DNA from: Octopus sinensis
Taxonomy: Eukaryota
Reading direction: 5' to 3'
Length of the DNA: 64,000 nucleotides
NCBI RefSeq assembly: GCF_006345805.1
Contig: NC_043006.1
Coordinates: forward strand, 84,072,001 to 84,136,000
Shown one piece after another: positions 63,101 to 64,000 of this stretch. Each line of letters begins with the position of its first letter. The first letter of the stretch is position 1. Below the pieces are notes generated by a model, which worked only from the letters and a program-made list of their open reading frames with translations, was not told where the DNA came from and made no database searches. A program made the translations under genes and the position numbers.

Positions 63101-64000
63101 GAAGGAATAAAGTAACCATTGCTTTGTAACATCTGAATGAATAAATAAATAAAACCAACAATTATATGGTCAAGTGTCTTGAGGTATTTAGCCACTTAAC
63201 GAAATGAGGGCTCATGGGGGCTTTTATGGTAGCTTGGGATGATGATGATCATCATCATCAAAGCTGAATGGTTTCACTGTTATTTACAGACCTGAGGCTT
63301 AACAACAACCACTTTAGATGTGCTATTTCTGGCTCCCTGTTCTCAAAAGCTGGTTCAATAATAATAATAATAATAAAGAAAAAAATTATGTTGTGAAAAC
63401 AAGTTAAAATAAAACAAAATTAAGAGCCTCTTTCTCCCCTACCACCTGTACCTCACCTTTTGAAATAAATCAAAATAGATATTATAAATCTGCAAAGTAC
63501 TTAATCTGGTGTCTAATCTTCTAAACACCTTTCTGTGTTAACGGGGTCAACTTCATATTACATATCTTTTCTTTTTTTTAAACCTATTTGCTTTTCTATC
63601 TCTACTTCTATGACTTTTGGCTTCCTGTTTCTTAAGTAGCATAAACATTTATTTCTTCCCTCTCTCCTTATGCTACATTATTCTGTCTCTCTCCTTCATT
63701 CTGTGCTGCTTTGCCCACATTCTATATTATGCCATTGAGGCTAAACCGTGTATTATACTGTACAGGCTACACTACATTATGCTGTACAGTCCTCTACTGC
63801 TTTCCAGTCTGCACTATATATTGTTATCCAAGCTAATTATATTATGCTGTCAGAATATAATCCTCATTGTTGCCCAGTCTATTCTCTATACTGTTGTTGG
63901 TGCTGCACTCCGTCTCACGCTGTCCTTTTACACTATATTATAGTGTCCAGCTTACACAGTCTGGTCTATACAATACATTGTATTGTCCAGGCTATGCTCG

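Noticed and set aside
50575-64000. TLDc-domain exons of TBC1D24
   Set aside because: Scanned by eye for IW.W.P, HG.SL and FGTGE-type motifs and found none; presumed downstream of the window.

Overview
AT-rich eukaryotic genomic DNA, almost certainly from an octopus or related coleoid cephalopod (inferred from the tRNA-headed SINE families, RTE 3' tails ending in (GAT)n and dense (TA)n/(CA)n microsatellites). One protein-coding gene is supported: a + strand TBC1D24/skywalker orthologue. Six coding exons join in phase at canonical GT-AG sites (21247-21556, 26618-26928, 31883-31984, 32925-33015, 40635-40726, 50362-50574; 373 codons, TBC domain plus linker). A seventh candidate exon lies at 60784-60861. 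No TLDc-domain exons were recognised, so the gene probably continues beyond the window. Almost every other ORF in the track is a by-product of microsatellites or repeats. The rest is transposon debris: SINEs, RTE and Tx1/L1 LINE remnants, mariner, pogo, Merlin-like and TTAA MITEs, and a probable Helitron. The most notable observations are a ~2.85 kb near-perfect palindrome in intron 5; three families of degenerate type I hammerhead-ribozyme motifs in Penelope-like termini; an almost identical inverted repeat pair bracketing exons 2-4, whose 504-nt back-spliced circle would be a stop-free ORF; and a recent 627-bp copy-paste duplication into a SINE. Repeat boundaries are approximate; all identities were estimated by eye.
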